Source of the DNA: a virus
Virus record (IMG/VR): IMGVR_UViG_3300036770_008166
Span: 51,247 to 115,246 of that record
Reading direction: 5' to 3' (one strand)
Length of the DNA: 64,000 bases
The notes beneath the pieces are model-generated. The model made no database searches. It was not told where the DNA came from and saw only the letters and a program-made list of their open reading frames with translations. This document shows positions 31,901 to 44,012 of this stretch, in pieces. Every line of letters begins with the position of its first letter. The stretch's first letter is position 1. Both the position numbers and the translations under genes were made by a program.

Positions 31901-34900
31901 GCGGAACCACGACCTGTACGGTGCTGGGATTGGCATCCAGCAGCGCACGATTGAGACGCAGTTCAAAAAAGCTGCGGTTGGCATTGGCACCGTAAACTGC
32001 GCGTTGTACCGCCCAGTTTTCGTAGATGTCGTATTCTGCGGCCTCCTTGCCAAGATCGGCCTGGCTAAACACACGCGCACTCTGGATGGTGCCTTTGTCG
32101 CCCAGGAACTGTCGGTACACATTGACCTGGCTCACATCGTCGAGATTGAGCGATGTCATGTACTGGCGAGGCCGGAAACCAATGAGACCATAGCTCAAGA
32201 GATCGTTGTCTGTTTCCAGATTCAAAGAATTGATGTCATAGCTATTGGTCAGCTGGTTGGCCTTGGTGGCCAGATTGGGCAACAGACCCAGCTGTATCTT
32301 GGTGTAGTCGCTCTGTATCCAGGCGTTGTAGTTGAATTCCACCGACGGCTGCACGATGGTAGCAGCGCTCCAGTAGTTGCCTTTGTAGAGCACAATCTCG
32401 CCCTTGGCATAGCTGCGATTGCCATCCCATTCCTGGATGTTGTCTTGATTGAGGATGAATCCTTGGGCATCAATGCTGCCATTCCATTCCGTGGTGGTAA
32501 AGGCCACTAGATCCAATCGGCTCTGCCGCGCACCGGTCACAGGATCGTAGATAAGATCGCCAAACACACTGCTGTTATCCAACACGATGATGTGTTCAAA
32601 CGCAGTGTACTTGAGATCTATGAAACTGAGGGTCTGATCAGTGGCCGGTTCTACTGTGAATGTGTTGTCTAGGCGCGTGATGTTGAGATTGCGCGCCGGC
32701 AACTCTCTGCGATTTTGATCCAGCAACACATTTTCGCTGGTCTGCACGTCGATGCTGTCCACCACGGCCTGCGGTCTAGTCACAGACAGACGGAACGCCA
32801 AAGGATTCAGTGCTATGATGGCCTGTTCGTCCCATCCCTGTTGGCTCCAGTACAGGAACTCATTGGCCATCTGTGTCCAGTCCAACACAATTCCGTTGTC
32901 GGTATTGGTAAAGATCAAACCTTGGGTGTCAAGGAATTGGCCATAGCTCAGCAGGAAGTCAGCCACAGCAGTTTCGTTGGACAACACAGTGCCATAGGGT
33001 ATCTGCAGCACCCTGTCAGTGTAGGCTGTGGGCACCTGCACCGTGATACCGGGCACTGAAATGGTCTGCAGCCGGCCGCCTGCCTGGCTCTGCAGCGTGT
33101 TAAAATAGGGCTGGTATGTGCTGTAGCCAAACACTGCATACCCGCCGGCGGTTTTTTGTACCAACACAGCGCTATAACTAGCTCTGGCAAAAGGTTGGTT
33201 TTTGTACAGCAAGAGATCGTAGCTCTCGTCGGGGATCAAGAACGAAGTGTTGGTGCTGCGTGGGCTGGTCTTGTCTGTGAAAATCTTGATGTACTGTTTG
33301 TCGCTGTACGAAGCCATGCGATAGGCCAATCTCACATCCAGGCTTCCCAGATTGTCCTGCAGATCCTGGGTGCTGTCTTGTCCACTTTCGCGGTTGTAGT
33401 CCACAATCCAGTTAATAAAGCTGGCCTTGCTCACACCATTGCCATAGACCACCACACCATCTGCGTCTAGACGATACCTGTCGTCCAGCAGATACTGTTG
33501 GAACTCGGTGTTGAAACGATATCGATCTCGGTCGGCAAACAAGGAAAAGAACTGCGCTGGTCTGGTCACGGCCAGCAGCCTCATCACGGCAAAAGGATAA
33601 GAACTGGAATTCCACCAGGACGCTTCCACTGGGCCACCATCACCGATGCTCCATGACCGACGGAACGAATTGTTGGCGAAGGTACCTACCACAGAGTTCA
33701 GCGGACTCAACAGATCTCCTTGAGGCCCTACTGGCAGTACCCGAGTCAGGCCCGGACGTGCAAATTCGGGTAGCACGTATGCGCCCAGAGGATCTCTCAC
33801 GATGCCGGCTTCTAGATCATCCCACAGCACCAGGTTGCCGTCAGTGTATGGTGCGGTACCATAGGTGTCTTCCCACCACAGTGGCGGTTCAGTGAAGCCC
33901 AGCATCTCCCAGGGTGTCAGTTGAGGTTGTTGGGTATCAAAAAAGTAGCGATTGATACCGCGCCAAGCACCCAGTAGATTTTGGTTGTCCAGTCGATTAG
34001 TGGATCGGCTGTAGTTGTAGGTGAACTCGTTGGCCGCACTGAAATCCTGGGTGCGATAGTCCAATTTGTTCCAGGCCACATAGGCCAAGAAATCCTGCGC
34101 CAGGATGGAAGTGATTTCCTGGAAACTGTATCCAGTGGATCTGAACTGGCCGGGCAGCACATCATACACAGTCAATGGCACAGGATTGCCGTCCAGTTTG
34201 AGATTGTTGTATATGCGTGTTTCAAATTCCAACAACACTTCGTCTCGGATGTCTCCAAACACCGGCGTAAGGCTGCCATCGTGCCCTTGCACAAACTGCT
34301 GCGTGCCAGTGGTAGTGGCTTCAGTGATCAAACCAGGCCTCCAGGCCGGATAGAGACCCAGTTTGGTAGGTGTGTTTGGAATGAAACTGCCTACCGTGGT
34401 GGTGTATTCTCGTATGGTCACTGTGTTGCCTGGAACCAGCGACACCAGCACAGTGATCCTGGGTCCATCAGTGGCTACCACATAATCTCTGCCTCGTGTG
34501 AGTATAGAGCCATTGACATAAACGTTCATGCCCAGATAGTTTGCGGATTCGTAATCATAGACCTGCACAGTGTCAAAGGTCTGGCCTGTGGTCACGCTAA
34601 CTGTGTAGGTGTTCTCTATGTAGACTGCGCCCGAAGGCAGCATGTCGCTCCAGTAAAACGGCTGTGTTTCTCCGCGACCCTGCGTGAGAGTGTCTATAGC
34701 AGTGTCCAGTATGGCAGCAGCGGTCTGGAAATTTATGGTCTGCTTGGTGACATCATCCAGGATGAGATTCTTGATCTTGGTGTATTCTCTGCTATTGAAT
34801 GTCAGGCTGTTGAACACATTGTACTGCTCGCTGCGCATGAAATAGCCGGCCAGGGTCAGGGGAGCGCTCTGTTGTAGGATGGTCAATCCATAGGGCACGA

Positions 34901-37900
34901 TGTTGCCAAGATCTCGGGTGTTATTGGCACCGTTGATCGTGCCCTGAAGTGCGGGCAGATTTTCACAGATACTCTGATAGTGTTGGCGCATGGTGCCCAG
35001 CGTGAATTCGCTGCTGTTCACATTGAATGGGTTGTTTTCAAGATTGATTGGCACCTGATAGAAAGCCACGCGACTGGTCTGGTCGCTTAGGGCTAACACC
35101 TCAATCACCTGGCCTGCGGCCGTGGCGGTTGACAAAGTTATGGTGGTAGAATCTGTGCCAATTTCGTATGTGTAGCTTCCGGGATCCTGGAACACTGATC
35201 CCACGTAGACCTTGACACTGGGCACTGTGCGCTGCCCAGACACTGCCACATCCAGCACCAGCGGAGCACCGTCGTACTGGAATTTGAACTGTTGATATAC
35301 CTGCGCCGCAGTGACAGCAGTTTGCCAACCCAGTAAGCGGCTGAATTGTGTGCGCGATCTGTACTGTCTTGGAGTGCCGTTGCTGATAGATTCAGTGGTG
35401 CTGGCATTCTCACGCGTGTACACGAATTGATCTGTGTAAAGGTAGTTGTCAAACACGATATCGCCGATGTTGGCAATGTTGAGATATTCAAGAGGAATCT
35501 GCAGCACCGAGTCGATCACACCGGCATCATTGACCGCATATCCAAACAGCCGGCTTCCCCGGAAATCTGTGCTGGGGTACTTGGTGGGGTCGCCGAAACT
35601 GACTCCGTCACTGTCATACACATTGAACAGCGGTGCCTGTTGCACACTGGTTTTTTGTTGAGCCAGCAGCCATGCACTGCCATCGAACCAGAAAGTTTTA
35701 CCAGCATTCTCGTCACCAAACAGGCACACAGTGGCCTGATCGGCCAAGACCACACCGTCGGAGGCCAAGGTCAGATTGATGATGGGTTGACCAGTGAACG
35801 GCGGATCTATAGGCGGGTCTGAATCCGGAATCACAAATTCTACCTGCCATATTTTGTTGGCCACATCTGGATCTTCATCAGCGGCAAAGATCACTCGAGT
35901 TCCGTTGACAAAACTGTAGCCATCCACAGAATAGCTGGTACTGCCTTGGATGTCACTGAAGGCATCCGTGGCCGAAAAATCAATGATATCCACTGGCTGT
36001 TTGCCCTGGGTGCCCATGTCATAGAGTCGTAGACCGGCACGGAACTGTACAATGGGCCGTTTGGCACGGAAACGATTGTCCAGCACCGGTACAGTTTCGT
36101 TGTAGTCAGCAGTTGCGTTGATCACATCAATATGGAACCATCGATTGCTGCGGCTCCAGGCATTGAGATCTTGACCAGCTCTATCGATAGTGATATAGTC
36201 AGGATCAGCCGGTTCAGACGCCACGGCGCTGTCATCCTCATCAACCACATAGGCTTCTGGAGTGATGAAATCAGTGACCGGCAACAGCTGGATGGCTGTG
36301 CCAACTCCGGCCACGTAGTATTCGCGATAGTTTATGGCAGTGGCCGACATGGTGCCCAGACCATTCTGCAACGACACGGCCGAGCCCGAAGGTGTAAGAC
36401 TCACAGTGAACTGGAATCCATTCACAATGGTTTGAACGTAGTAGTCTGTGCCGGCCGTGAGACCCCCCAGCGTAGGAGCAGCGAACACGATGCGCTGTCC
36501 CACGTAGAGATCTTCCGTGGTAAAGGTCGTTATAGTATCGAACTCGCTGTCGGTCTGGGTGCAGTCGAATGAAAAATTTCCAGAACCAAAACTGGCAGGT
36601 ACCACATCACCTTCAAATATCACTTTTAGGCCGTTGGTGAATACCACTCCGTTGGGCGATGTGTAGTTGGTGCTGTTCAGGATGTCTTCAACAAAAATCG
36701 TTTCGCTGTCAGAAGGCTCAATGATCTTGAACACGCCGAAGATTTCTGGATCTGTGCCGTCCTGATAATACAAGGTATCCAAATTGGCGGTCAGCAAGGG
36801 AATCTGTTGGAACTGGTCTTGATCGGTCTTGAACCATCCGGTGTTGCTGAACTGATTGCCGTATCTAATGGTGAACTTGTTCAGCACCGGGATTGTGGCC
36901 ACAGACGAAAGATTGATATAGGTTATGCCATTTATCACTGGCAGAGTGATCTGCCACAGCTGACGGCGCTGGTCCAGGGGTATTTCAGTGACTTGGTCAA
37001 ACAGCGTGGTATCATAGCTGCCGATTTGGCCATTGTTGGCTGTGATCTGTGCCAAGGGATCAAAAAAGGTGGTTCTCAACCAACCGCCGGCCACGGCATC
37101 ATCCACGGGCACATCAAACACCAAGGTTCGGTTGGCCAGGTAGGTTATGCCATCTATGCCTCCGTACTGGGCGATAAAAGTATCCAGGCGCTGATTGTTG
37201 ATCTGATCAAATTTTAAATTGGTTATGAGATCGACCGGAGTCGCGAATTCTGCGAGATCGAAATAGAACTGCTGCGCTGTCTTGGTTGGTACATCGAAGG
37301 TGACTGTGCCAAGATCTGTGCCGTTGTTGATCACACCAAACACGTCTCGGCTGCTGATATTGGGTGTGGTAGGAATGCGTCCGCTGATGCCAGGATTGGT
37401 CTGGATCCAGAATCCTGGCCCTGTGCCGCTGTCTCCGTCCACTATGTTCAATATGCCTTGCATGTTGCTTTGATTTTGGCTCACATAGTACAGGGTGTCT
37501 GGAGCGTCTTGGGGTACCACGAAAGTGACCAGCCCTGTGATGCTGCCGTTGCGCGTGACTCCTACTGAGTAGGCATCCTGTGTGCCCAGTGTGGGCGCTG
37601 TCTTGATCCAGAATGGGAAATCACCGCGCAGGGTGAGATTGAACACATAGGTATTGCCGCGCGCCAAGGTCAAGGTAGGATTGGGCTGTGCATCTATGAG
37701 ATAGGCCGCGGTCTGTTGATTGGTCACACGGTAGTTTACAGTCTCCTTGGCATTCTGTGCCACGGAAAATGTGTAGGTTCCTCCGCGCACCAGTTCGATC
37801 TGAGGATTTTCTCCGGGAACACCACTGAAGGTGTACACACCATTGGCCCTGGTCACTGTAAAGTTGTCAGTGATGGGCACCCCTGTTGAGCGCACAGACA

Positions 37901-38327
37901 CTGCATCCGGCCCGCCTGGCAGCCAAAAATACTGACTGTAGTTGATCAAGGTATCAAAATCAACCATGGGATCCCAGGCATAATATTCACTGGTGAACAG
38001 TCGGTCTGGTCTTGTCTGGGTGCCGCCTTGATAGCCAATGGCATCCAGCAAACCGGGATAGGTGATGAGATCCTGCACATCATCGGTATCAGGTTTGAGA
38101 CTGATCACTGCCGGCTCAAGCTGATAATCGGCGCGTGTTTTGTCAGGCTCTACGATGTAGCGATCATCTGGATCAACGCCTGGTCCCACCGAGCGTCCAA
38201 TGTAGCCTTCACTTTTGCGGAACCTGGGTTCTTGTATCAGTGTGTCCAGAGTGGCAGCCAGGAACTGTCTGTTGGCCGGTGTCTGGAAAATCTCTGGCAG
38301 GAAATCTACTGAACGGGTGCGAGCCAT
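22986..38327 (-). CDS. Giant (5113 aa) baseplate wedge/tail-associated multidomain protein
   Basis: Uninterrupted ORF directly after gp6-like. YIQEVKPYH wedge-type motif, FG-GAP-like repeats, CBM5/12-like modules and Ig-like VxVDG...DY repeats. Confidence 0.85.
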   Translation of the reverse strand: MARTRSVDFLPEIFQTPANRQFLAATLDTLIQEPRFRKSEGYIGRSVGPGVDPDDRYIVEPDKTRADYQLEPAVISLKPDTDDVQDLITYPGLLDAIGYQGGTQTRPDRLFTSEYYAWDPMVDFDTLINYSQYFWLPGGPDAVSVRSTGVPITDNFTVTRANGVYTFSGVPGENPQIELVRGGTYTFSVAQNAKETVNYRVTNQQTAAYLIDAQPNPTLTLARGNTYVFNLTLRGDFPFWIKTAPTLGTQDAYSVGVTRNGSITGLVTFVVPQDAPDTLYYVSQNQSNMQGILNIVDGDSGTGPGFWIQTNPGISGRIPTTPNISSRDVFGVINNGTDLGTVTFDVPTKTAQQFYFDLAEFATPVDLITNLKFDQINNQRLDTFIAQYGGIDGITYLANRTLVFDVPVDDAVAGGWLRTTFFDPLAQITANNGQIGSYDTTLFDQVTEIPLDQRRQLWQITLPVINGITYINLSSVATIPVLNKFTIRYGNQFSNTGWFKTDQDQFQQIPLLTANLDTLYYQDGTDPEIFGVFKIIEPSDSETIFVEDILNSTNYTSPNGVVFTNGLKVIFEGDVVPASFGSGNFSFDCTQTDSEFDTITTFTTEDLYVGQRIVFAAPTLGGLTAGTDYYVQTIVNGFQFTVSLTPSGSAVSLQNGLGTMSATAINYREYYVAGVGTAIQLLPVTDFITPEAYVVDEDDSAVASEPADPDYITIDRAGQDLNAWSRSNRWFHIDVINATADYNETVPVLDNRFRAKRPIVQFRAGLRLYDMGTQGKQPVDIIDFSATDAFSDIQGSTSYSVDGYSFVNGTRVIFAADEDPDVANKIWQVEFVIPDSDPPIDPPFTGQPIINLTLASDGVVLADQATVCLFGDENAGKTFWFDGSAWLLAQQKTSVQQAPLFNVYDSDGVSFGDPTKYPSTDFRGSRLFGYAVNDAGVIDSVLQIPLEYLNIANIGDIVFDNYLYTDQFVYTRENASTTESISNGTPRQYRSRTQFSRLLGWQTAVTAAQVYQQFKFQYDGAPLVLDVAVSGQRTVPSVKVYVGSVFQDPGSYTYEIGTDSTTITLSTATAAGQVIEVLALSDQTSRVAFYQVPINLENNPFNVNSSEFTLGTMRQHYQSICENLPALQGTINGANNTRDLGNIVPYGLTILQQSAPLTLAGYFMRSEQYNVFNSLTFNSREYTKIKNLILDDVTKQTINFQTAAAILDTAIDTLTQGRGETQPFYWSDMLPSGAVYIENTYTVSVTTGQTFDTVQVYDYESANYLGMNVYVNGSILTRGRDYVVATDGPRITVLVSLVPGNTVTIREYTTTVGSFIPNTPTKLGLYPAWRPGLITEATTTGTQQFVQGHDGSLTPVFGDIRDEVLLEFETRIYNNLKLDGNPVPLTVYDVLPGQFRSTGYSFQEITSILAQDFLAYVAWNKLDYRTQDFSAANEFTYNYSRSTNRLDNQNLLGAWRGINRYFFDTQQPQLTPWEMLGFTEPPLWWEDTYGTAPYTDGNLVLWDDLEAGIVRDPLGAYVLPEFARPGLTRVLPVGPQGDLLSPLNSVVGTFANNSFRRSWSIGDGGPVEASWWNSSSYPFAVMRLLAVTRPAQFFSLFADRDRYRFNTEFQQYLLDDRYRLDADGVVVYGNGVSKASFINWIVDYNRESGQDSTQDLQDNLGSLDVRLAYRMASYSDKQYIKIFTDKTSPRSTNTSFLIPDESYDLLLYKNQPFARASYSAVLVQKTAGGYAVFGYSTYQPYFNTLQSQAGGRLQTISVPGITVQVPTAYTDRVLQIPYGTVLSNETAVADFLLSYGQFLDTQGLIFTNTDNGIVLDWTQMANEFLYWSQQGWDEQAIIALNPLAFRLSVTRPQAVVDSIDVQTSENVLLDQNRRELPARNLNITRLDNTFTVEPATDQTLSFIDLKYTAFEHIIVLDNSSVFGDLIYDPVTGARQSRLDLVAFTTTEWNGSIDAQGFILNQDNIQEWDGNRSYAKGEIVLYKGNYWSAATIVQPSVEFNYNAWIQSDYTKIQLGLLPNLATKANQLTNSYDINSLNLETDNDLLSYGLIGFRPRQYMTSLNLDDVSQVNVYRQFLGDKGTIQSARVFSQADLGKEAAEYDIYENWAVQRAVYGANANRSFFELRLNRALLDANPSTVQVVVPQQTSQADQTVLVSDIWRESFRINSPDILPVTNELPTDISLPTAGYVNIEDADVTVFDINEPGVLNDVIDDIEVDTTIWAARVNEYDWNIYRADAVPGFINHVCDNLNGTSLVIFTQQHGLSAGDKLIIKGFDSEVNGVYEVLTVPSLTKVTIAFSFSGDRTVANGVGIGLTLETMRVAQFSDIVDLPYANQLGPGARVWIDDRGDGRWTVLEKQAVYDALLTLEPRDPDATQTFGSSVAQAANRFAALVGSPSYFRDTEPVRQGAVYTYVRSDTQQYDPVSPVNQADAILKLANLGTRNFGNAVTFGYQDWAAAGADFSLGVTFAGNFVPGADYIVQSVGTTDFAAIGAAPTAEVTGSIASSTLTVTGITSGSLSLGTVLSGSGVTAGTYITKFVSGTGLTGTYHVYPSQTVGSTTIFGMEVGVQFTASGPGTGSGTALGIDTNSSTGYVSVIYRDTASYLPNTNPYSNWQLLTNPGGVTAGAAEFGRSVAMSEDERWLYVGAPGANRVYAYGRVNYEDQVVQATGDGITTQFVINNSIQIDEATQISVTVDGQLQTLGTDYTVDSSFGTVTFVSAPAAASAVIIQRIKQVNLDSEIYLDVTATGGSGTGALFTVTRRRGTVSVEVQAGGTGYVNGETLTIAGDDIWPNGTTPANDLVFDVTATTGVISGILGASVLYDPPPLINTWSLNEYFFTLGSIDSFSVVVDGELYRPNIDYDFNADDSSVGQDLTFITVPPIGSEILVRAQAYWQQVTDITVAGLASDAAFGTMVSCTTDGRQVMIGTPNRIVNGETEAGTVYVFDRNVQKFVYGQHPNSDSSVQFTVLGSVTEPVSVSVNSRFLVNEQDSLINAPETFSVNGNIVTLNTDLSIGDVIEIETNQFRPIQTIEQDVPAEFSNFGQALEICPNNCSLYIAAPQSSLQIYKGGVIERHVNQARLYGVIRSTVSVSSLGAGDTIRINDIDVAVPAAPSNTVAGLAAVINEDVPNVTASVIDGLLQLSVTNVSAAEPFNKLQVLPGSQGTAFYDLGFEVYYFTQTVQSPYAREYAAFGSSLSVSSDASELAVGTPAGTMYIIQIFDDGTTVFDLGATEFFTDIDQSGVVYVFNLAGSVAPGITNPAQLVFAQQIFVNSVDYLAEFGTALDYRDGLLWVGAPGSDIGDSQQADFGQVYIFENASRSAAWVPIYVQQDTVDIRLLNSVFLYDRVTSATTEFLDFFNPLQGKILGAARQNIDYIGSVDPASYNAGPARLLGTTWSETNVGQVWWDTSSVRFIDPNQDNITYTARRWGQVFPGSSIDVYQWIESDQSPAEYTGPGTPFSTVSFSVKTLLSQEGTFLTRYFFWVRGLTTVATRQGKTLSVDTVARYIQDPRSTGIAYLAPLNASTVAIYNCETLIEAQDTVLHIEFDRELNSDNVHVEYELIPQDRADGFLSDNLYRKLLDSFTGFDTAGNRVPDLGLSPAERYGVQFRPRQSMFTDRFAALRNYITRANEVMRRYPITETRSLALLNSTDPEPTASSGEWNQRVANLEILGFQDIYAVPLGYRYLVESDSSQRGLWTIYTVDSGSVPGNRVLTLTKVQNYYTPFYWDFIDWYQPGYNSSIKPVLEVPNVASLETITVPTGSSVKVTANAQGRFEIYLRTDTGWQRVGLEQGTIEISPVIYDYSFGGNGTNVFGFDTEVFDLQYFDAEPTTETRRILQALNQEIFIDDLLIERNRLLTLTFNYVLTEFAAPEWLVKTSLIDVDHRIRELFPFQNFVRDNQEFVLDYIQEVKPYHVQIREFNLKYFGFDQYQGDVTDFDVPAYFNTSLTVPQFTSPILLPYEAGTAQVSNNLSDTPATSSVWQTWPYTQWFNNYLLDLDTIAVTSGGSGYTEAPVVSITGDATVPATAVAVINSSGQVIAVNVTSTGSGYRDSPVITFTGGNGSGAAAYARLSNAVIRQFRTTMRYDRIQYLSLIQEWSPDQLYINGTLARYLDQIWRADSADGSSAVIGPEFSLEDWTLVDPAQLVLAFNAQENYYELAINPDTGLPITPYITGPDRTMGLYQPGVNSPGLELAQLITGVDYPGVQVFGRHFAPINAPAYDPANSYPARAIVLYLGSYYLSLREVPPARLPTDQEYWQIYYYDLLLDADYRSSFTDQLLGTRVSDINVNGGEFIGPYEGHAPEELVNGSEYDTVDIRVFTRPGSDWQLDGHGFQLSAVNAVYDAILASSISFANLVEFPAQVLVSNQTTGLALALDVDYTIDWTAQTVDIIAGAGVLDGDLVNVIAFELGGGSQLYRANYVGSQIPTGRFLVPVDAEQIQSVAILQNGEEVITPATWQPYIDSVAWNILVAYPRNTVVNNAGQYYRSVQAVPAGEVITDTAYWLNFVPTLQSEVIMALPPAATDGIAVVVLGAQTTTAGDFVTGRSYTIESLGNTDFTAVGAATNTVGESFVATGPGSGSGTATSVYSWSTPQRQYHVATAATVTNFGFELSNYIGGTNPANMIVTRNGERLTPPAGIQWRADDEPQDDSTLNVSYGLPQRLGESFLQSSINAITDIQVWVDDVLQTQSIGAFIGDYSVTPWTGSNTPGRQVVFTEPPTPGARILITVSTEADYNIVGNDLVLVTRPNLGDLYAVTTWNDTAEQDIVTLVFYGPVQTSFPIVEPYDSQPFDAANTNNTPGSFDFSTATVTTQNRFDLGRSDITANRLLVTLDGLRKYEGQDFTVVGTELVLASGAIASDQILVVTEFTPSIVPEAAAFRIFQDMRGLQATYRMTAATTTQLTQPLSISDDVIHVVSVLGMTEPQLSVGVFGQITIGAERITYRVRDQATNTLSGLRRGASGTAIADHATGSTVYNIGNGNLLNGAYQDQVVSDASVGDGSTTIFYAPSIDITDYGDSSTTYVDSIEVFVGGVRQYRFGSGTVSEYPWIVTDFGPLAVEFITDDSPVDPDLAPPSGVEVTILQRRGLWWYDIRTQAEREQALQENPSAAARFLTDR

Positions 38328-41300
38328 TAAATCACTCCACTGCCGGGCGCAGTGCGTAGATTGGTGCTAGTCAAGGCCTCTATCACATCAATGTTATCAA
38401 CCGTAGCTCCATTGGCGAAAATCTCGTTGGGTTGGCTGCGTATCTCGTAAAGGTCTCCAAAGGATTTCTGCGGATCCAGAGGCACCAGCACCACCGATGA
38501 GATGATGCTGCCCAGCACGCGATGCAGATAGCCAGCCAGCTCTGAAAAGTAAAAAGTATCCCCAAAGTTCCACTTGTCTATGCTGAAATAACTGTTCATT
38601 TCTGCCAACACTGAACTCTTGATCTCTGAAGAACTGGCTGTGGAGTTCTGGGCTCGGATGACCTTGATGGTGGCCCGCAGCTCCGGTGACGCCTTGGCGC
38701 CGAACAGGGGCTTGAAATTCACAGAGTTCAATACCACATTGTCCGAAATCATCTTAAAGTCCTGCAGTCCTTGATAGGCTGTGGTCAGTTCCGAGATGGT
38801 TGGTTGTTGGGGCTGAGGCACAGTGCCCGTGGTATCTCGCAGCCAGTTCTGATACGCTGTGTAATATTGCTGTGTGACCACGTAGATATCGATGATGTTG
38901 GTAGTGCCTGGATCGATGCGATTGGTCAAGGGAGCATTGTGTCGATACTGATAGTAGAGAGCCTGGCGACCAGTGCGTGCGATCCAGCCTGTGACCGGTA
39001 TCACGTTGAGGTCGCCTGTGACTGCCAATTCCAGTTCATAGAATGCTGCTTCGTCATAGGCATAGAATACCTGGCCCGGAGTCCATTCTGATTTTACCAG
39101 TTCAATTTCGTCCAAGGTAGCATAGTCACTGGTCACGCGACCAGGTTCGGCCAATAGATAGCGTTGGAGATTGTCAAAGTCTACTGTCTGCTCCAGGAAG
39201 ATCAGTTTTTGATTTGGGTTGACATCCGGTGCCACGATTTCTTCAAAGAAATCGGGATCATCCGGTATGCCGTCACGATCCACATCTCTGTAGCTGACCA
39301 AGACTTGGAAATCATCCACATAGCCGTCGCTTTCCACTGGCTGGCCAATGATGTTCATCACGATATCGCTGGGCAAGTTTTGTGTGCTGTCGGGCTGTGT
39401 GTTCACGGCCAACACATTGATGAAATCCTTGATAACAGTGGCAGTGCGACTGTCGTAGATCAATTGCCCATCATAGAAGAAAAAGCGTGTCTGCAACACG
39501 CTGCCAAAATAATAGGTCAGGCCACGGAAGGTGATGGTGTAGTTTTGATTCTGCACCGTGAACTGCACCATCCAACTGGCGTCAAGGTTAGCGCCAGATT
39601 GGTTGCCGGCGTACTGCTGACTCCAAGGCGCATCTTGATCTAGATTGTTGCTGTTGATCAAGTACCAGGTGTAGGGTGTACCGGTGATAGCGCCATCGTT
39701 GTCGTAGCCCAGTCCAAAACTGCGGAACAGCACTATCTGCTCGCTCATCTGCTGGATCACCGACAAGGGCAAATCCGTTATGAACAAGGGTATGATGCTG
39801 TCCACTATGGCACCAGTGGGCACGAAGTTGTTGAGACTCACCGGTCCAACACCAGTGCTGAGATTGCCTATGCCACCGTTGCTGCCATCTCCTGTGACAC
39901 TGAGCGGTGAAGCCCATATCGTGAGTTTTTCGTCGGCTCGGGTAGGAGCACCGAGCTGCAAGCGATTGTTGGCATCGAAAAAATATCCAGCTGGTGCCAC
40001 AAATTTTATCAAGGCTCCGACCACTGCATACTGGAATACCGAAGTGGTGGATGTGCCCACAGCGATGGGAGCACCCAGGCTGTTGCGGAAATAGCCCGTG
40101 GTTTCGTTGGTCAGCGTGGTGCTCTGATTCCAGGTGGTGTTGTAGGTGGCCAGATTGGCCGTGGCCTGCATGGTACCAGATGCGCTGGTCAGTGTCACGG
40201 CTGCTCCGTTGGGAGCAGTGCTCACAGAAAACTGCGAGTTCACGGAATCTAGGCTGACCACGTAATAGGGCAGACCTGCTATCAGCCCACCAATCACATC
40301 CGAAAACACGATCTGTTGTCCCAGGAACGCAGTGGCAAAAAACTCTGAGCTGGCTGTGGTGATCAAGTTCACAGTGGCTGTGGTGGCTGTGCAAACGAAC
40401 TCCAGCTGGTTGGCCAGCTGGCGAGGAAAGTTGGCATAGTAAAACTGTCGCACCGTGGCGTCAGCGATCTGTGGTTGCACCTGATTGGTGATCACATCCG
40501 CGATTTCGTTGCGATTGGTCCAGCTGAACAGTATGGTGGGCAAGACATTTTCTCGCCAGAGTCCACCATCACTGCCAAAGGTATTGGTGCTGGAATACTT
40601 GCCGGTGTTGTCCACGAGATCGAGATAGCGGCTGGTACCGATGCTGGCACGGTTCAGTGCCTTGCTCTTGATGATGCTGTTGTAAGTGGTAAATGGAAAG
40701 AGATTGTAGTCCTCGCCGTTGACCATCCTGTTCTGGGTATAATAGCGTGCAGGTGCGCGCTGTTTGATGGCTTCTATGGGTTCACGGCTCTGGGCGTTGC
40801 TCACAGGTCGGGTGATACCGCAGGTAAACGTGATAGTTTCAAGATTGCCGTTGCGGCTGATGTAGCTGATGGGCAGCACCACGTTCTGCATCTCTTCCGG
40901 ATTGATGATGTACTGCAGGCCATTGGATGCGCGCACATAGGCGCGAAAAGTGCCCACCGGAATCTCCGAAAACACCCCGTCGCCAAACACCATGGTGATC
41001 TGGTCATTGGCACGGCTGGTAGTGGTATAGATAGCACGCAGGCCGGGTTCTTGTTCGGCTGCTGCGGCATAGATATTCTCCACATAGTCCCATTCGCGAG
41101 CCACTGTGCCCACATCGTCCAGCTGAAACAGCCAACGATCTTCGTTGTTGATGCCCTCGATGTTGATGTTCACTGTGCGATTGGCGATGCGTTCGGCCAA
41201 GTTGAAGTCCTGGTTCTGCAGGCTACCCTGTTTGAACAGGAAAAAATATCCTGTATCGGCACTGTTGAACCCCAGCTGATCGTTGCGGAACAGCACATTG

Positions 41301-42007
41301 AAACTGGTGCTTGGCACCGGTGCCGGTTCGTAGATGTAGTCCTCAGCCACGGTGGTGCTGGTCACAGCTTCAAACGGCATGTTGATGCCATCCACTGTGG
41401 CTGTGTAAGGGATCACAGGCAGGAATCCTGGCACCAGATTGATGGCGTATTCGTCGGTGCGCACACCCAGGATGGTCTGCCTGTTGCCAGGACGTCCGAT
41501 CTTTTGGCTGTCTACCAAGGCAGCATTCAAGATTGCAGTGAACTGTTCTTGCCAATCAGGGTTGGTAGGGTCTGCCCAGTCCACAGTGACATTGGAGAGA
41601 TTTACGCCTTGGTAGTCCACTACATTTTCTGTGGTGGTCACATTGAATACCTTGAGCAGGCCCTGGGCTGCTGTGTTGCGCTTGGCAGTGTAGCTCACCA
41701 AGTTGGCCAAGCGCACCACTGAATCTCGGCGCTCGGCGGTGTCGATGTAGTTTTCTCTCGTGTTAAGGTCGGTACGGAACGCCAGGCTCTGGCCCATGAA
41801 TGCGATCACGTCCAGGAGTGCGATGAATTCTGACGATTCTATGTAGTCGTTGAATGTTTCCGGGTAGTACAGGCGGAGATAGTCCACAAAACTCTTGCGC
41901 AGCGTTTCAAAATCGTAGCTTTGGAAATCCGCTTCGCGATAGGTTTGGTAGATCTGTTTCCAGTCTTCTACGCCAAATATCGCGGTCTGTCTTGTGGTGT
42001 TTGCCAT
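38327..42007 (-). CDS. gp6: Baseplate wedge protein, gp6-like
   Basis: YDFETLRKS...LLDVIAF...[28 protein letters not shown] and [11 protein letters not shown]...[10 protein letters not shown]; follows gp25. Confidence 0.85.
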   Translation of the reverse strand: MANTTRQTAIFGVEDWKQIYQTYREADFQSYDFETLRKSFVDYLRLYYPETFNDYIESSEFIALLDVIAFMGQSLAFRTDLNTRENYIDTAERRDSVVRLANLVSYTAKRNTAAQGLLKVFNVTTTENVVDYQGVNLSNVTVDWADPTNPDWQEQFTAILNAALVDSQKIGRPGNRQTILGVRTDEYAINLVPGFLPVIPYTATVDGINMPFEAVTSTTVAEDYIYEPAPVPSTSFNVLFRNDQLGFNSADTGYFFLFKQGSLQNQDFNLAERIANRTVNINIEGINNEDRWLFQLDDVGTVAREWDYVENIYAAAAEQEPGLRAIYTTTSRANDQITMVFGDGVFSEIPVGTFRAYVRASNGLQYIINPEEMQNVVLPISYISRNGNLETITFTCGITRPVSNAQSREPIEAIKQRAPARYYTQNRMVNGEDYNLFPFTTYNSIIKSKALNRASIGTSRYLDLVDNTGKYSSTNTFGSDGGLWRENVLPTILFSWTNRNEIADVITNQVQPQIADATVRQFYYANFPRQLANQLEFVCTATTATVNLITTASSEFFATAFLGQQIVFSDVIGGLIAGLPYYVVSLDSVNSQFSVSTAPNGAAVTLTSASGTMQATANLATYNTTWNQSTTLTNETTGYFRNSLGAPIAVGTSTTSVFQYAVVGALIKFVAPAGYFFDANNRLQLGAPTRADEKLTIWASPLSVTGDGSNGGIGNLSTGVGPVSLNNFVPTGAIVDSIIPLFITDLPLSVIQQMSEQIVLFRSFGLGYDNDGAITGTPYTWYLINSNNLDQDAPWSQQYAGNQSGANLDASWMVQFTVQNQNYTITFRGLTYYFGSVLQTRFFFYDGQLIYDSRTATVIKDFINVLAVNTQPDSTQNLPSDIVMNIIGQPVESDGYVDDFQVLVSYRDVDRDGIPDDPDFFEEIVAPDVNPNQKLIFLEQTVDFDNLQRYLLAEPGRVTSDYATLDEIELVKSEWTPGQVFYAYDEAAFYELELAVTGDLNVIPVTGWIARTGRQALYYQYRHNAPLTNRIDPGTTNIIDIYVVTQQYYTAYQNWLRDTTGTVPQPQQPTISELTTAYQGLQDFKMISDNVVLNSVNFKPLFGAKASPELRATIKVIRAQNSTASSSEIKSSVLAEMNSYFSIDKWNFGDTFYFSELAGYLHRVLGSIISSVVLVPLDPQKSFGDLYEIRSQPNEIFANGATVDNIDVIEALTSTNLRTAPGSGVI

Positions 42008-42029
42008 GCGTCTGAGCCTCTGTGTGTTT

Positions 42030-42037
42030 TATTTATT
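42030..42037 (-). promoter_or_regulatory. Late promoter-like AATAAATA
   Basis: Intergenic, upstream of the gp6-like gene, which has a GAGG SD. Confidence 0.6.
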
Positions 42038-42056
42038 TGCTGCGAAAACGGCTCAG

Positions 42057-42431
42057 TTATACGTAGGTAGCGCGTCGCTGCTGCAGGTCAAAAAAGATAG
42101 CCAATCGTTCAGCGTTGGTAGATGGTACCACGGTGATCTGCAGTTGCAACAAGATGCCATTTTCCTGCGGGTAGGCCTGCACATTGCTGATGGAGATGCG
42201 AGGATCGCCGCCGGCCACACGTTGCACTTCGTTTTCTATGGCGGTCTGCAATTGCTCCACTTGGTTTTCAAACAGTAGATCCCACAGTATGGTACCATAA
42301 CCTGGGCGACCCGGCAAGGTACCCTGGCGTATGTTGAAAGCATTCAGGAGATCGCGCTGGATCAATGCAAAATCAGTGAGCGTGAACTTTTTGAATCTAC
42401 CAATGGTGCTGAAGCCGATGAACGTGGTCAT
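42057..42431 (-). CDS. gp25: Baseplate wedge subunit/sheath initiator, gp25-like
   Basis: IQRDLLNAFNIRQG...PGYGTILWDLLFE...DPRI, the GPW/gp25 pattern. Confidence 0.85.
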   Translation of the reverse strand: MTTFIGFSTIGRFKKFTLTDFALIQRDLLNAFNIRQGTLPGRPGYGTILWDLLFENQVEQLQTAIENEVQRVAGGDPRISISNVQAYPQENGILLQLQITVVPSTNAERLAIFFDLQQRRATYV

Positions 42432-42435
42432 GCTG

Positions 42436-42443
42436 TATTTATT
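42436..42443 (-). promoter_or_regulatory. Late promoter-like AATAAATA
   Basis: TAAATA-CAGC-ATG of gp25. Confidence 0.6.
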
Positions 42444-44010
42444 GGTTCACTGCTTCCACACCGCGGCGCTTCAAGCCATCGATGGCTCCTTCATAGGCCT
42501 TGATCAATCTGGCCACAAAAGTCCTGGCTTTTTCTATACGAGCAGCCAGCGATGTGTCTGGCGGCTCTAGATTTTCCGCGCGTCTGATCAGACCCTGCAT
42601 GGTGGTGTCCAGCACTTCAAGATCGCCGATGAGATAGGATATAGCTACGATACCTTCAGCGATGAGATCAGGATCTTTGGTATTGATCAAGGGTTGAGAT
42701 AAGGCCTTGAATTTGTCCGCGATGGCACCAAAAGTATCGGCTGCCTGATTGAAAGCTTCTTCGATTTCTGCGGATGAAACAGCAGGCACAGCATTGGAAT
42801 AGCTGACTGCAGGAATCTTCTCGTCGCCTACCACGCGCGAACTGGCCGCATCCACGGTCTGCCGATCAACCGTGTCTTGCACCGGCTCGCCAGGAGCAGT
42901 CTGTGTCATGGCATCGGACAGCTTGGTATCGGATAGATTCACCGCGAACGCTGCGTCGCGAGACACTGCGTCCAGTGCTCCTTTGACGCCGCTGGGCAGC
43001 GGCAGGCCTTGGGCCCATGACAGCGCATCAGCTGGCGATTTGGCCGCGTTCAGCAGGGCTCCGCTGAGACTGCTGGCGCTGAGAGAATCAACAGGTACAC
43101 CAAACTCTTTCAGCGTAGACAGCCCCTTGCTCATGAGATCCTGCTGTATTAGGTCCTGCTTGGGTGCCGATGCCAACAAATCTGTCACACCAGACACACC
43201 ATTTTTGCCGGTCCACACCGCCGGACTCTGCAGCACAGAAGTGACAGAATTAGCGGCCTGACCAAGATAAGCGGCTGCTGTGCCGGGCTTGACATAGCCG
43301 GCACGTTCCAGTTGCGTGGTATCTAGGCCATACTTGCCTAGGCCCTTGGTGTCTGACAACACAGCAGCACCTTGGCTGACCAGTTTGGCGGCCTGACCGG
43401 CAGCGGCTCTGACCTGGGTGGTGTCCAGATTGCCGATGTCTTTGACAGCAGGTATCTGCTTGGCAAAGTCTGCGATGTTGATACCGTCGGTCACTGGCAG
43501 ATTCTGTGTGAGATTTGACAGTCGCGCGCCCACAGAAGACAGTCCAGATCCCAGCTGATCTCCGATACCGGCGATGTTGGTACCAAATCCTGCACCAATG
43601 TCCGGCAATTGTAAGCCTTGTCCCAACTGTGCCAGAGCACCAGGCACTCCGTCGCGAGCCTGTGTGAGACTTGATATGGTGGCACCGGGCTTGAGGCCTA
43701 CCAGGCTGCCGGCCTTTTGCTGTTGTTGAAAAATTTCAAAGGCCTGTTCGCGCGTGAGGCCAGGAGGTCCTTCCACAGTGAATTCTTGGCTGCTGCCAGC
43801 AGTGGACACATCGGCAGTTTCTTCTGGAGGCCTCGGAAATCCCAGCGTGGTAAGGCTGTCCAGACCTCGACGCACACGCTCGCTGTTCACACGGTCCCAC
43901 ACGATGGAATCATCTCCGGTGTAGGTCAGTTGATCGTCGGGTGTGTTAGAGTAAACAGACCGATCTATCAAAGAACCAGTGCTGGCCAACGAAAAAGTGA
44001 ACTTGCTCAT
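42439..44010 (-). CDS. Baseplate-associated protein with possible lysozyme-like segment
   Basis: Between gp5 and gp25. GLGKYGLDTTQLERAGYVK...WTGKNG...LLASAPKQD resembles the GKYQF motif region of lysozyme-like folds (weak). Confidence 0.55.
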   Translation of the reverse strand: MSKFTFSLASTGSLIDRSVYSNTPDDQLTYTGDDSIVWDRVNSERVRRGLDSLTTLGFPRPPEETADVSTAGSSQEFTVEGPPGLTREQAFEIFQQQQKAGSLVGLKPGATISSLTQARDGVPGALAQLGQGLQLPDIGAGFGTNIAGIGDQLGSGLSSVGARLSNLTQNLPVTDGINIADFAKQIPAVKDIGNLDTTQVRAAAGQAAKLVSQGAAVLSDTKGLGKYGLDTTQLERAGYVKPGTAAAYLGQAANSVTSVLQSPAVWTGKNGVSGVTDLLASAPKQDLIQQDLMSKGLSTLKEFGVPVDSLSASSLSGALLNAAKSPADALSWAQGLPLPSGVKGALDAVSRDAAFAVNLSDTKLSDAMTQTAPGEPVQDTVDRQTVDAASSRVVGDEKIPAVSYSNAVPAVSSAEIEEAFNQAADTFGAIADKFKALSQPLINTKDPDLIAEGIVAISYLIGDLEVLDTTMQGLIRRAENLEPPDTSLAARIEKARTFVARLIKAYEGAIDGLKRRGVEAVNQ

Positions 44011-44012
44011 GA

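Noticed and set aside
19407-38327. Diversity-generating retroelement or invertible fibre cassette
   Set aside because: No reverse transcriptase, invertase or near-identical TR/VR repeat pair seen.
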